DNA of 64,000 nt, taken from NCBI GenBank assembly GCA_050951545.1, contig JBMNJG010000003.1, forward strand, positions 1 to 64,000. Direction: 5' to 3'. Position numbers and translations under genes: made by a program. This DNA comes from Limnochordia bacterium. Its GTDB lineage: Bacteria > Bacillota > Limnochordia > DTU080. The notes below the pieces were generated by a model. The model was not told where the DNA came from. It did not search any database and saw nothing but the letters and a program-made list of their open reading frames with translations. Position 1 is the stretch's first letter, and every line of letters begins with the position of its first letter. Shown here one piece after another: positions 9,119-19,681 of the stretch.

Positions 9119-9886
9119 TCACTCTAGAGCTGGCATGGGCGTCTGCAGCACATCGAAGACAGCCCCAGCCAGAAGGGGAACCGCGTCTAGTGCCTCTTGC
9201 ACTGTGTTGTCATAGTACTCCCCGACGTGTACCTGAAGCGCTTGTGGGTGAAGGTCACCATTTAGTGCCTCATGGAGCACCTTTACTCCCCGCGTCACTC
9301 CTGGCGCCCTCGCCTCCAACGCAGCACGCACCGCTTCAGCAAAGCGCAAGTTCTCTTCAATGTAGGGGTTATCCACATCGCCTACCACAAGCAGCATCTT
9401 GGCTATTGGTCTCCCGGCCACTGTTACGGTCGTGTACCCCTCAGGCCTACCATCAAGAGCATCTCGGTGAATATCCAACACCGCAGCGACTCCCTGAGCA
9501 GCCTCTATTACTGGCAGCAGAACCCGACGCGCTTCAGCAAAGGACTCCCTCCACGGCACAGGCTTTTGACCCGTGACCATCTGAGCGCGCAGCTTCTGCT
9601 CCTTCAAGGACTCTTCCAGAGTCCGGCAAACCGAAACAACGTCACCGATCTCATCTGCGTGCGGCGGTGCCGGGGCATAGTTCTCAGTAGGATGAGCGGT
9701 ATACACTAAGATCATCGGCGCGTCCGCCCCAGGTTGGTCATCCTTGATCACCTTCGTGCCAAACGGGGGAACAAACCCGAAGTACTTAGCCCCCAACACC
9801 GCCACGATGACCAGCAGTACTAGAAAGAAAGTCAGGTTCGAACTATCCTTCTCCTGAAAGAACCCTGGTTGCTTTGGCTTTACCAC
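9119..9886 (-). CDS. spoIIP: Stage II sporulation protein P (engulfment amidase/endopeptidase), short form
   Basis: N-terminal TM segment; YTAHPTENY and LDIHRDA motifs; GTG 9886 after GGGGG SD. Confidence 0.8.
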   Translation of the reverse strand: MVKPKQPGFFQEKDSSNLTFFLVLLVIVAVLGAKYFGFVPPFGTKVIKDDQPGADAPMILVYTAHPTENYAPAPPHADEIGDVVSVCRTLEESLKEQKLRAQMVTGQKPVPWRESFAEARRVLLPVIEAAQGVAAVLDIHRDALDGRPEGYTTVTVAGRPIAKMLLVVGDVDNPYIEENLRFAEAVRAALEARAPGVTRGVKVLHEALNGDLHPQALQVHVGEYYDNTVQEALDAVPLLAGAVFDVLQTPMPALE

Positions 9887-9914
9887 ATACTTACCCCCTT
9901 CCTTCGGCACGACA

Positions 9915-9943
9915 CTTATATGCCGAAGGAGGAGCATGTATGT
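9915..9943 (-). promoter_or_regulatory. Putative sigma-E promoter of spoIIP
   Basis: ACATACA-N14-CATATAAG, similar to the B. subtilis sigma-E consensus and to the element before ylmC. Confidence 0.5.
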
Positions 9944-9951
9944 CCCTCTAG

Positions 9952-12609
9952 CTAACGCGCATCCCCGAAGCTCTTGATTGCCTGCTTGAGCTCAGCCATG
10001 GCTCCGCCAAATCCCTGCCAATCCCCATTCTTCAGCCTCTGCTCAGCCCTGTTGAAAGCTTCGGACACAGCCGCTATGGACGGTCTGACCTCTGCGCTGC
10101 GGGGCTGAGATGGCTGCGGCTGCCGACCCACCAGAATGTCCAGTGCTTCGGCAAGCGTTTCTCCAATGACCACGCGACTGCCCTCTGCCACGATGACGCG
10201 CTTGAGCTCGGGCAGGCGACTTTGCTCGGCTTGAAGGAACAACGGCTCCACGAAAAGCAGGGTGTCCGCTATAGGCACCACCAAGAGATTGCCGCGCATC
10301 ACCTCTGAGCCCTTCTGGCTCCACAAGGTGAGCTGCTGCGATATGTGTGTATCTTGATCGATGCGCGCCTCAATCTGGGCTGGTCCAAAGGTCAACGACT
10401 GCTTTGGGAATCTGTAGAGTACGAGCTCCCCGTACGCATCGCCGTCGTTGCGGGCAGCCAACCAAGCCACCATATTGTCCTTGCGGGAAGGAGTGAAAGG
10501 AATCAGAAAGACAAACTCGTCATGGTCCTCTCCCGGCAGACGCATTATCGTGTAGTAGGGCTCCATAGGCTGCTGCTTGCTGCCGTAGACCTCGTTAGGA
10601 ACTGCCCAGGCGTCTTCCTGGTTGTAGAATACCTGGGTGTTAGTCATGTGATAGGTTCGAAACAACGAAACCTGGAGTTTGAATAGATCCTCAGGATAAC
10701 GGATATGGGCACGCAATTCCTTAGGCATCTCTTCAATAGGGCGAAAAAGGCCCCCATACACCTTGTCCAGGGCCACAGCCAAAGGCTCCGTGTCATCAAC
10801 TAGATAGAAACGGACGTCGCCGTTATAGGCATCGGTAACCACCTTGACAGAGTTGCGTACGTAGTTCCCCCAGCCTGTGACGGGTCTGGCATAGGGAAAC
10901 CCATCCGTTGTCGTGTACGCATCTTGCACCCAATATAGCCTACCGTCAGCGGCTACCATATACGGATCGGAATCATAGCTCAAGAACGGCGCAATACGGC
11001 GCACTCTATCGTGAATGTTTCGATAAAACATGATCCGACTCTGACTATGGATATCAGTGGATAGAATGAGCTTAGCTGTGCCAAACCGCAACGAGAACGC
11101 CAGTCTGCGCAATGGATTTGATAGCTGCACACCTCCGTGCCCCTGGTAAGTCGTGGTAGCGTTCTCGTCCCCGCGAGGATAGTCAAACTCGGGTGTCTTG
11201 GTGTTGACCACTACATACTGGTTGGTTCTCTCGCCAAAATAGATCTCCGGCCGGTCTATGCGCATCTCGGGCACTCCATGGGGTGGGATGTCCGAAACGA
11301 GGAACTCAGGCATACCCTCAGGCGTGACCCGGTTGACCGGACTAGCTACCAATCCATAGCCGTGAGTATACTGCAGATGCTGGTTGATCCAAGAGGGGTT
11401 CTGTAGGCTATTGGCATCAATCTCCCGTGCGGACAGCATCACCTGCTGATAGGTGTCTGCGATCCGATACCGATCTATGTCAACATCAGCAAAATCATAG
11501 TACAGTCGGAACTCCTGCAACTGCCCATAGCTCGTAAGCAGCGGCCGCCAATCCCAAAGCCGGATATTGTCGATCGTGGCTCTATTCTCTGCCAGCTGCG
11601 ACGCCGTCAGCTCGTCCCTAGGATCGATCTCATGTGTAGCAATGTCGGAGAGTCCAAAGGCAGCACGAGTCATCGCTATGTGATTCGCAATATAGGGACT
11701 CTCGCGCACGAGCTCATTGGGCTCCACTACGAACTTCTGCACCGCGGCCGGATATAGAACACCAAGAACCACAGAGGCCACCACCAGCATGCCCAAAGAA
11801 CCTATGATCAGGCGGGTGCCCCTTCTCACAACCAAGTTGATCAGAATCCCGAGCGCCACAAGCAAGGCCAATACCATGAGGACCCTCAGAGCAAGCGCAT
11901 TGGCATGCATATCGGTGTAGGTCGCCCCATAGACCGCGCCTCTTGGTGAGTACAGCAGATGATATAGGTCAAGGTGATAGCGCCACGCCCTGAGCCCCAC
12001 TAAGCCAGCCAGCAGGAGACTCAGATGAGCCCGGGCCCGCCCGCTCCAGTAAAGACGGAACCGCTCAAAATGGAGGGTACCTGCTAACAAGTATATGCCG
12101 CCTGTCAGCAGCAGAGTCAGAGCAAACAACCCCAGCCCCAGGTAGTTGATCAGCCCCAAAAAGGGCAGTGTGAACACGTAGTAGCCGATGTCTTTGTGGT
12201 ATATCGGATCTGTGAGAGCGAAAGGCTGACGGTTGAGATATAACGCGATCCGCTGCCACGAGGGAGCTACGCTGGTGCCATACAACACCCCCAGAACCAC
12301 ACTCACTGCTACGTAGGCCCAACGTACACCACGCCAACTGAGCATGCGCGCCAATCCCTCAGGTAGCCGATCCATGGCGTGGGTTACCGAGCTACGCGTT
12401 AGCCACAGGTTGACGAAGATGAATAACGCAGCCACCAGCCCTACGCCCAGCCCTACGCCCCATAGCCAGCCTATCTGAATGCCAAACAGCTGCAGATAGC
12501 CCAGGGCTTGGAACCACCACATGTCCGTGAAAAAGACAGAGAAGACGCTGACAGCCACAACTACAGCCACGATAGCCGCAATCAGACCCCATCGCACGGT
12601 TCGCCACAT
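9952..12609 (-). CDS. UPF0182 family membrane protein
   Basis: FTDMWWFQALGY, DIGYYVFTLPF, NIRLWDWRPL, YTHGYG, NYVRNSVKVV, IRYPEDLF; ATG 12609. Confidence 0.9.
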   Translation of the reverse strand: MWRTVRWGLIAAIVAVVVAVSVFSVFFTDMWWFQALGYLQLFGIQIGWLWGVGLGVGLVAALFIFVNLWLTRSSVTHAMDRLPEGLARMLSWRGVRWAYVAVSVVLGVLYGTSVAPSWQRIALYLNRQPFALTDPIYHKDIGYYVFTLPFLGLINYLGLGLFALTLLLTGGIYLLAGTLHFERFRLYWSGRARAHLSLLLAGLVGLRAWRYHLDLYHLLYSPRGAVYGATYTDMHANALALRVLMVLALLVALGILINLVVRRGTRLIIGSLGMLVVASVVLGVLYPAAVQKFVVEPNELVRESPYIANHIAMTRAAFGLSDIATHEIDPRDELTASQLAENRATIDNIRLWDWRPLLTSYGQLQEFRLYYDFADVDIDRYRIADTYQQVMLSAREIDANSLQNPSWINQHLQYTHGYGLVASPVNRVTPEGMPEFLVSDIPPHGVPEMRIDRPEIYFGERTNQYVVVNTKTPEFDYPRGDENATTTYQGHGGVQLSNPLRRLAFSLRFGTAKLILSTDIHSQSRIMFYRNIHDRVRRIAPFLSYDSDPYMVAADGRLYWVQDAYTTTDGFPYARPVTGWGNYVRNSVKVVTDAYNGDVRFYLVDDTEPLAVALDKVYGGLFRPIEEMPKELRAHIRYPEDLFKLQVSLFRTYHMTNTQVFYNQEDAWAVPNEVYGSKQQPMEPYYTIMRLPGEDHDEFVFLIPFTPSRKDNMVAWLAARNDGDAYGELVLYRFPKQSLTFGPAQIEARIDQDTHISQQLTLWSQKGSEVMRGNLLVVPIADTLLFVEPLFLQAEQSRLPELKRVIVAEGSRVVIGETLAEALDILVGRQPQPSQPRSAEVRPSIAAVSEAFNRAEQRLKNGDWQGFGGAMAELKQAIKSFGDAR

Positions 12610-12666
12610 AGTCCGCTCGCCCCAATCGCTGCGCAAGCGGACCATCTTTCCGCCTACGTAGCTTTT

Positions 12667-13233
12667 CTAGTCACCTTCAATCCCAACATCGCCTGATTCA
12701 TCGGGACCAAAGAAGCTCAGCTCAAAATCACTCTCCATCACTGGCATCTCAAGATGCTCATCAACCGAAACCAACTGACGGTCTTCCGCGGTAACCTCCG
12801 CTGGCTTATCCAACTCCATGTAGGCCGAGGGTGCGCTACGCTGCTGTTGCGTCAGCTCAACACGCCACGATGCGTACCATCCGCCCAGTACGCCTGCCGC
12901 CAACACAGCAGTGAACAGGAACCATAGCCACAGAGACTGCCAGATGGCCGACGGCTGGCAGGCAGCCTCTTTCTCATGGGTTGATGACTTAGCCTGTAGC
13001 GGTTCTGTGGCTGCGGCATAGCGCGCAAGTACATCTTGCATGTCAAGGCCAAGCTCGCGCGCGTAGAGTTTGACAAAGGCTCGTCGATACGCCACATCAG
13101 GCAGCTGTGAGAAATCACCGCACTCCATCGCCGCAAGGTAGCGCTTCTTGATCTTAGTGCGTGACTCGATCTCATCCAACGAAAGCCCACATGCCTGCCG
13201 ATTATCTCGAAGAAAGCGTGAGAATTCGTCCAC
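12667..13233 (-). CDS. RodZ/YmfM-like HTH membrane protein (short C-terminus)
   Basis: HTH_25-like N-terminus (LDEIESRTKIKKRYLAAMECG...RAFVKLYARELGL), one TM helix; SD AGGAGG; downstream of ftsK. Confidence 0.75.
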   Translation of the reverse strand: MDEFSRFLRDNRQACGLSLDEIESRTKIKKRYLAAMECGDFSQLPDVAYRRAFVKLYARELGLDMQDVLARYAAATEPLQAKSSTHEKEAACQPSAIWQSLWLWFLFTAVLAAGVLGGWYASWRVELTQQQRSAPSAYMELDKPAEVTAEDRQLVSVDEHLEMPVMESDFELSFFGPDESGDVGIEGD

Positions 13234-13294
13234 TACTCATCCTCCTAGCGGCCATAGTGTGCCCGCCAAAAGGATGAAACCTGTACCTGAAGGA

Positions 13295-15610
13295 TTACGA
13301 TACCACCCCTTCCAATTCATCCATTCCACGGAGAACCTCCCGGGGCTTACTGCCCTGATACGGGCCGACGATGCCCCGCAGCTCCATCACGTCGATAAGC
13401 CGCGCAGCTCGAGCATACCCGACACGGAATCGCCTTTGGATCATGGAAATGGAAGCAGTGCCAGTCTCGATCACCAAGCGACATGCGTCATCAAACAGCT
13501 CATCATCTGCCTCAGCCGCGATCTCTATCCCCTCTTGCTGCTCCTGCAACACGGCTTCTTGATACTCCGGCGTGCCTTGTGCCTTCCAGAACTCCACCAA
13601 CGCCGCAACTTCCCTATCAGAGATATACGAACCCTGAGCGCGTATCGGTTTTGACGCCCCTAGCGGATGGTACAGCATGTCACCTTTACCCAACAGGCGT
13701 TCTGCTCCCACGTGATCGAGGATCACACGCGAGTCTACGCCAGAACTAACAGCAAAGGCAATGCGCGAGGGAACGTTGGCCTTGATCAGCCCAGTGATCA
13801 CATCTACAGAAGGCCTCTGTGTAGCTATCACAAGATACATCCCAGCAGCTCGGCCCATTTGTGCCAGACGGCAGATGCTCTCTTCTACCTCACCTTTGGC
13901 CACCATCATCAGATCAGCTAGCTCATCGATGATCGTGACGATGTAGGGCAGTGGCTCCTCCGTAGACTCTTCTTGAAGAACCATCCGATTGTAGCCATCG
14001 ATATTACGCGCTCCACGATCGGCAAACCGCTTGAATCGAGACTCCATTTCGCGTACCGTCCAGCGCAAGGCTCCCGAGGCCTGCTTAGGATCAATGACGA
14101 CGGGGGCCAGCAGATGAGGGATGCCCTCATACACAGCCAGTTCAACTCGTTTTGGGTCAACGAGCAGCAATTTCACCTCATGGGGCTTAGCCTTGAGCAA
14201 CAGACTACAGATAAGAGCGTTAAGACAGACGCTCTTTCCAGAACCCGTGGCGCCAGCGATCAGCAAGTGAAGAAGACGGGAAAGGTCACCTACCACTGGG
14301 TTGCCTGCTATATCGGCACCGATCACTATGGCCAGTTGAGATCGGCACTTGGCAAAAGCCTCACTCTCCGCTATCTCACGAAAGGTCACTATGGAGGTTT
14401 CTTTGTTTGGCACCTCGATCCCCACAACCGAGCGACCGGGTACGGGAGCCTCAATGCGTACCCCAACGGCTGCCAAATTCAAGGCGAGATCGTCAGCCAG
14501 ACTGGTAATGCGCTTTACCGCTACGCCTGGTGCAGGTTGGAGTTCATAGCGCGTTACGACCGGACCGCGGCTGATACTCACGACTTTGGCCTCTACACCA
14601 AAGGTAGCCAGTGTCTCCTCCAGCAGTTCGCGCTGGTCAGGCAAATTGGCCACTCTTTTCCTGCTCTTGGGCCGGTCAAACAGGGCGACAGGTGGGAGCT
14701 GGTAAAAGGGCTCCGCTTGTTTTTCCGGAGGAGCAGCTGCAGGTGTCGACGGTGGCGTGATAGCCGTGGGTGTCTTTTCCGGCGCCACTGGGGTGATCTC
14801 CATCGTATCAGACGCATCTGGGGAAGCATTCTTGAGCTGCCTATCGCGTACAGACGTGTTGGCAGCAGCGTCGTCAACAGCTGAGGGCAGTTGCTTCGCC
14901 TGTTGGCCGCTCTTGCTACTGGTCCTCTTCTTGGTTGACGCCCTGCCCCCGGCTGTCGCCGCTCTGACACTCCGCCGCTGTCCATCCTTGGCGGCTCGCT
15001 GCGCTCGACGCAGTGCTCGAGCATCCTTCCACTTCCGAAGCACATGGCGCATCGAACCAACGGCTGCCCCCACTATCCCGCGCAACCCGCCTCCGACCAG
15101 CCGGAAAAGCGCTACCGTAGCGACTACGAGTCTCGCCACCACATGGGCCACTGGCCTCTCAGTACACAGTACAGCCGCGATCAGGGACAAGGCGATCAGC
15201 ACCACGATAGTGCCGTCAAGTCCAAACGCCTGTACAGACGCTCCGGCTAACGCAGCCCCTAACGCGCCACCTCCCACTCCCGCTGTAGGCGGAGGCAGAA
15301 CCATCACGAGCTCTGATGAAAACCGCCGCTCGTGCACTAACTGCATAGCCGTAACGAGTACGAGGAAAAACAGTAGGACGGCGACGCCCCTGCGCGCACC
15401 TCCTCGCGCGCGTCTGGAACGCAACAGCATCAGCGCGCCAGCTATGGCCATGAGAGGGGGAATGCTGGAGGCCTGACCCACACTTTTGCGCAGACCGCCC
15501 GCCAGCAAGTCACCCACTACACCAGTAGACTCTGAGTACAGACTGACCAAGGCAAAAATGGCACAGGCCAGCAAACCAATTGCCCAGACATCCTTCCACC
15601 GCCGGTTCAC
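13295..15610 (-). CDS. ftsK: DNA translocase FtsK/SpoIIIE
   Basis: N-terminal TM helices; [35 protein letters not shown]; gamma domain [20 protein letters not shown]. Confidence 0.95.
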   Translation of the reverse strand: MNRRWKDVWAIGLLACAIFALVSLYSESTGVVGDLLAGGLRKSVGQASSIPPLMAIAGALMLLRSRRARGGARRGVAVLLFFLVLVTAMQLVHERRFSSELVMVLPPPTAGVGGGALGAALAGASVQAFGLDGTIVVLIALSLIAAVLCTERPVAHVVARLVVATVALFRLVGGGLRGIVGAAVGSMRHVLRKWKDARALRRAQRAAKDGQRRSVRAATAGGRASTKKRTSSKSGQQAKQLPSAVDDAAANTSVRDRQLKNASPDASDTMEITPVAPEKTPTAITPPSTPAAAPPEKQAEPFYQLPPVALFDRPKSRKRVANLPDQRELLEETLATFGVEAKVVSISRGPVVTRYELQPAPGVAVKRITSLADDLALNLAAVGVRIEAPVPGRSVVGIEVPNKETSIVTFREIAESEAFAKCRSQLAIVIGADIAGNPVVGDLSRLLHLLIAGATGSGKSVCLNALICSLLLKAKPHEVKLLLVDPKRVELAVYEGIPHLLAPVVIDPKQASGALRWTVREMESRFKRFADRGARNIDGYNRMVLQEESTEEPLPYIVTIIDELADLMMVAKGEVEESICRLAQMGRAAGMYLVIATQRPSVDVITGLIKANVPSRIAFAVSSGVDSRVILDHVGAERLLGKGDMLYHPLGASKPIRAQGSYISDREVAALVEFWKAQGTPEYQEAVLQEQQEGIEIAAEADDELFDDACRLVIETGTASISMIQRRFRVGYARAARLIDVMELRGIVGPYQGSKPREVLRGMDELEGVVS

Positions 15611-15710
15611 TACCTGTTCACCCTCACTCGTGACCTATACTCCTGGTAAGCGGCGCGAGGCCGACTCACCTGTGGATGTGTAGCTTCGTCTTGTACCATC
15701 GCACTCCTGC

Positions 15711-16505
15711 CTACCGCACTCCAATCAACGCCGCCATCCGCCCCGTCCTGCCACCGCTGGCGCGGTGACTAAAGAAGAGGTCTTGCTGACAGCTTGTACA
15801 CCAAGGAGCCGTATGGATGGCGGCAGATGACAATCCAGTCTTAGCTAGAAGACGTCGGTTCGCCAACCGCAGATCGAGCTGTTTTCCCAAAACGGCATCC
15901 GCGCCAAACGCCTCTTGAAAACGTCGGGCAAGCTGCGCAGAGACTTCGTAGCAACACGGCCCGATGCTAGGTCCGAGCACTGCCACCAAATCAGAAGGCG
16001 CGGATCCAAACGCCTGAGACATGGCCTGCACAGCGAAACGGGCCGCCCCAGCAAGTGTACCTTGCCAACCACAGTGCGCCATGCCTACCGCTCGGCGCAC
16101 CGGGTCCGCCAACAGCACTGGCACACAATCAGCGTAGAAGCTGACTAACAGGATCCCTGGTGTCTGGGTGATCAGAATATCTGTTGCGGGTAAAGAAGAC
16201 CTGTAGGCCCATGCGCCGCGACCAGCATCGGCGGCTGTCACTACGTGGCAACCTACCCCGTGCACCTGCTCCCCTGACACCCAAGCCTGCGGGGAATAGT
16301 TGAGAGCTGCACAGACTCTCTTTCGATTCTCCAAGACGTTCCTTGGCGCATCTTCAGTATGCAACCCCATATTCAAACTGTCAAACGGCGCTGGACTGAT
16401 ACCACCGTGGCGAGTGGTGATCGCATGACACACCCAGCTGTCGTCAAGCAATTCTGCTTCCACGAGGCAAGGGCCCTCGCGCCTAACCACCGCAAACAAC
16501 AGCAA
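15711..16505 (-). CDS. pgeF: Peptidoglycan editing factor PgeF (YlmD/YfiH)
   Basis: SLNMGLH, QVHG, ADCVPVL, HCGWQG, GPSIGPCCYEV, FFSHR, GRMAA. Confidence 0.9.
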   Translation of the reverse strand: MLLFAVVRREGPCLVEAELLDDSWVCHAITTRHGGISPAPFDSLNMGLHTEDAPRNVLENRKRVCAALNYSPQAWVSGEQVHGVGCHVVTAADAGRGAWAYRSSLPATDILITQTPGILLVSFYADCVPVLLADPVRRAVGMAHCGWQGTLAGAARFAVQAMSQAFGSAPSDLVAVLGPSIGPCCYEVSAQLARRFQEAFGADAVLGKQLDLRLANRRLLAKTGLSSAAIHTAPWCTSCQQDLFFSHRASGGRTGRMAALIGVR

Positions 16506-16531
16506 CCCTCCCCTGACAAAGAGTACGACTA

Positions 16532-16563
16532 AGCCCGGCGTTCCCCTTTCAGGACGCCGGGCT
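16532..16563 (-). terminator. GC-rich hairpin after ylmC
   Basis: AGCCCGGCGT...ACGCCGGGCT inverted repeat; weak U tract. Confidence 0.5.
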
Positions 16564-16608
16564 CGCCGCGAGCGTTAACGGAAATTCCCTCTGTTGCTAG
16601 GTCTATGG

Positions 16609-16869
16609 TTAGAGGCCGTATCCGGCCGTTGTAGGTGGAAGATCAACAAGAATGACGTCCTGACCAATGCGTACTATCTGTTCCCAGTGAATGACGATCT
16701 CTGAACCGCGGCGCCAGCCAAACAGGCCTGAGCCAGGCCCGGGCAGGATGATCGCCTTGATTTCGCCAGTCCCTACATCCATGTCCAGGTCATATACATT
16801 GCCCAAGCGCCTGCCATCACAGAGATTGATGACATCAAGCATACGAAGATCTGAGGCCTTCTGCAACAC
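16609..16869 (-). CDS. ylmC: YlmC/YmxH PRC-barrel sporulation protein
   Basis: SDLRMLDVINLCDGRRLG...IHWEQIVRIGQDVILV; SD GGGGAGG. Confidence 0.9.
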   Translation of the reverse strand: MLQKASDLRMLDVINLCDGRRLGNVYDLDMDVGTGEIKAIILPGPGSGLFGWRRGSEIVIHWEQIVRIGQDVILVDLPPTTAGYGL

Positions 16870-16899
16870 CGGCAATACCTCCCCGGGTGCTCGTATCCC

Positions 16900-16927
16900 A
16901 TCATATGCGCCTCGATACAATGTATGC
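16900..16927 (-). promoter_or_regulatory. Putative sigma-E promoter of ylmC
   Basis: GCATACA-N13-CATATGAT. Confidence 0.55.
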
Positions 16928-16956
16928 GCCTGTCCACTTTCGAACGAGAAGACCTG

Positions 16957-17646
16957 CTACTGTTGTCTCGGACGAGCTCGAGCTTCGGCTGAATATGACT
17001 TAGCCATGGCGTCAAGGGGTCCACGTATAGCGGTTGCGAGGCGGGTGAGGTTCTGCTGATTGAAATGCGAGAGGAAACGCCACCGTAGCTCAACAGGTAC
17101 ACCATCCCTGTTGACATGCTGCGAGGTGACCGCTGCCACACCTACTCCTGCTCCTTCTTCTGCCAGGCACAAGGGTGGAAAGAGCACGCACCACCAGTTT
17201 TTTCCGGCACCCTCACCTATAATCACTCGCACACTTCGGTATTCGCCTGGCGCCAATACGCGATTGGATCCGAACGCTTCTGGGAATATGTGGTCGCCAA
17301 TCTCCACCCGCGCAGGGTAGTCAGAGCCCAAGGCTCGCAGGGCCTCTTCGGCCGTATGAACGAGCGCTTGCTCTGCGCGCCGAACGTTTCTCTCCACTTC
17401 CTGAGCATTTCGGCCCTGGGTAGCGATCTCGCCGAGCCGCGGAATAAGGGCGTCTCGCACTGCAAGCTTCAGTTCCTGATCTGCCGGTGAGTCGCTGTTA
17501 GCCAAAACATGCAGCCGTAGCAGGTTTCGTTGGTTGTGTGCGATCCGCACCGTCTCGCGCGAATACAGGGCCAACGACGCATAGGTGATCAGCAAACAGG
17601 TAGTGAGTACGCTCCAAAGCAAACGGACTTGACAACGAGGCAACAT
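16957..17646 (-). CDS. spoIIR: Stage II sporulation protein R
   Basis: Signal peptide; LRLHVLANSDSPADQELKLAVRD, IGEGAGKNWWCVLFPPLC. Confidence 0.95.
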   Translation of the reverse strand: MLPRCQVRLLWSVLTTCLLITYASLALYSRETVRIAHNQRNLLRLHVLANSDSPADQELKLAVRDALIPRLGEIATQGRNAQEVERNVRRAEQALVHTAEEALRALGSDYPARVEIGDHIFPEAFGSNRVLAPGEYRSVRVIIGEGAGKNWWCVLFPPLCLAEEGAGVGVAAVTSQHVNRDGVPVELRWRFLSHFNQQNLTRLATAIRGPLDAMAKSYSAEARARPRQQ

Positions 17647-17690
17647 GGTCTGGTCTCCTTCAGAAGAGAATGCTCCGCAGTACCGAGGTC

Positions 17691-18464
17691 TTATTGGGCC
17701 ATGTGTCGCCTGAGATTCCTTAGCGCAGCTTTTTCCAGGCGCGACACCTGCGCCTGTGAGATCCCTATCTCATCCGCCACTTCCATCTGAGTGCGTCCGT
17801 CAAAGAAACGCATGGTCAGGATAAGCTTCTCCCGCTCTGACAGACGGGACAGCCCTTCTCTGATGGAGATGCCCTCCAACCAGTTGCTGTCCTCATGCTT
17901 CTCATCGCTGATTTGGTCCATCACGTAAATAGGATCGCCACCATCATGGTAGATCGGCTCGAACAGCGAGATGGGCTCCTGAATAGCATCAAGTGCATAG
18001 ACAACGTCTTCGCGCGGAAGCCCCAACTCCTCGGCTATCTGACTAATCGTCGGCTCTCGGGAATATCTGTTTACTAGAGCGTCGCGCACCTGAAGGGCCT
18101 TGTACGCTACATCGCGCAAGGAGCGACTGACACGAATTGGATTGTTATCACGTAGATAGCGACGTATCTCCCCGATGATCATCGGTACAGCGTATGTAGA
18201 GAAACGGACATTCTGTGAGAGATCGAAGTTATCTATCGCCTTCATGAGTCCAATGCAGCCCACTTGGAACAGGTCATCAACCAGCTCGCCTCTGTTGTTA
18301 AACCGCTGGATGATGCTGAGCACCAAGCGCAGATTTCCTTGCACGAGTTCGTCGCGGGCCTGTCCGTCGCCGGCATGCATCTGGCGCAGCAGACGGCGCA
18401 TCTTCTCATTAGTGAGCACAGGAAGCTTGGAAGTGTTAACCCCGCAGATCTCAACTTTGTTCAT
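17691..18464 (-). CDS. sigG: Sporulation sigma factor SigG
   Basis: MNKVEICGVNTSKLPVL N-terminus; DDLFQVGCIGL, IRRYLRDNNPIRVSRSLRD; ATG 18464 after GAGGAG. Confidence 0.97.
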   Translation of the reverse strand: MNKVEICGVNTSKLPVLTNEKMRRLLRQMHAGDGQARDELVQGNLRLVLSIIQRFNNRGELVDDLFQVGCIGLMKAIDNFDLSQNVRFSTYAVPMIIGEIRRYLRDNNPIRVSRSLRDVAYKALQVRDALVNRYSREPTISQIAEELGLPREDVVYALDAIQEPISLFEPIYHDGGDPIYVMDQISDEKHEDSNWLEGISIREGLSRLSEREKLILTMRFFDGRTQMEVADEIGISQAQVSRLEKAALRNLRRHMAQ

Positions 18465-18523
18465 CGCCTTCTGTCTCCTCAAGCCGAGCCCACGAATGAG
18501 GCCACTTCACCCGGCTCATCTCT

Positions 18524-18553
18524 CAGTGTTACCTCGGCTGGCTAGGCTTATTC
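18524..18553 (-). promoter_or_regulatory. sigma-F/G-type promoter of sigG
   Basis: GAATA-N15-GGTAACACTG matches the forespore sigma-F consensus. Confidence 0.65.
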
Positions 18554-18639
18554 AAAGGGGAAGCGATGGGAGGGATTGGAGTAACTGCGTGGGTACTATC
18601 CGTTAGGCGCCAAGGCGATCCGTGCTAGGGGTGATGATG

Positions 18640-19656
18640 ATGCCAGAGTATGGTCTGGTAGTCTATTTGGACGTTCAGCTCCTCATGCTCTCGGCCAGCT
18701 TCCTGATCGACTATCTCCTACTTCGAGCTACCGCAGCACTGACCCACACATCGGCAAGCTGGAGACGCCTCTGTGGCGGAGCGGCGATCGGCACTCTATA
18801 TCATCTTGTGTATCTGTGCTCGCTGCTGCGGTTAATACCCGCCTACGGATGGCTGCATCTGCTGCCCGTCGCGGTGGTGGTCTCATTCCTGATGCTTCTC
18901 ACTGCCTTCGCACCAGTACCCCGCCGGCGCTTCTGGTCCATAGTCGCTCACTTTTACGCTATCGCGTTCATGGCTGGCGGCACGGGCCTTGCCGTGGCGC
19001 GCACGTTTGGTCAGCCCAACACACTACGGCCTGTTGCAGGTATCGCCGCAGGAGCGGTGTGTATTCTGCTGGTGGCAGAGCTTGGATGGGGCGTATTGCA
19101 GCGCCGCTCTTGGCGACAGAGTCTGAAAGTGCCGCTAGAGATCACCTTTGGCACGGCCACAGCCAGCATCACGGCTCTGCTGGATACAGGTAATCAGCTG
19201 AAATGTCCACTATCAGGAGTACCTGTAATCGTCGTCGAACACCGCATGCTAGCCGAGATCTTCCCACCCAGTCTGCTAGTAGCCATTGAGCGTCTAGGAG
19301 AAGGCGATCTGAGTACCCTATCGAGCCAGATCTCCTCAACGCCCTGGTCATCGCGTTTTCGCATCATTCCCTATACATCCATTGGTGCCAGCAACGGCCT
19401 CATGATTGGTTTTCGGCCTACTGCTGTGAGTCTGTGGTTGTCGGGGCAGGTCTACGTAGCACCTACGTGTATCATAGCGCTGTCGCCTCAGACCCTAGAC
19501 CCCAACGGTGCTTATCACGCTCTCATAGGTCTTGATCTCGTTGAGGGTCATGCGACCGAACAAGAGTCCTCTAGGTCTGGCAGTGAACTTGGTAGCACAT
19601 ACACGCATGGGTGCCCAAATCTAGAGGTGGCTACCCGCCACCAAATGGGTAAGTGA
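18640..19656 (+). CDS. spoIIGA: Pro-sigma-E processing aspartic protease SpoIIGA
   Basis: VVYLDV start region, several TM helices, catalytic LLDTGNQL, RFRIIPYTSIG...GFRP; start is one of the tandem ATGs 18634-18640. Confidence 0.92.
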   Translation: MPEYGLVVYLDVQLLMLSASFLIDYLLLRATAALTHTSASWRRLCGGAAIGTLYHLVYLCSLLRLIPAYGWLHLLPVAVVVSFLMLLTAFAPVPRRRFWSIVAHFYAIAFMAGGTGLAVARTFGQPNTLRPVAGIAAGAVCILLVAELGWGVLQRRSWRQSLKVPLEITFGTATASITALLDTGNQLKCPLSGVPVIVVEHRMLAEIFPPSLLVAIERLGEGDLSTLSSQISSTPWSSRFRIIPYTSIGASNGLMIGFRPTAVSLWLSGQVYVAPTCIIALSPQTLDPNGAYHALIGLDLVEGHATEQESSRSGSELGSTYTHGCPNLEVATRHQMGK

Positions 19657-19681
19657 GGAGTACCAATAAGGAGGAGTCTCC

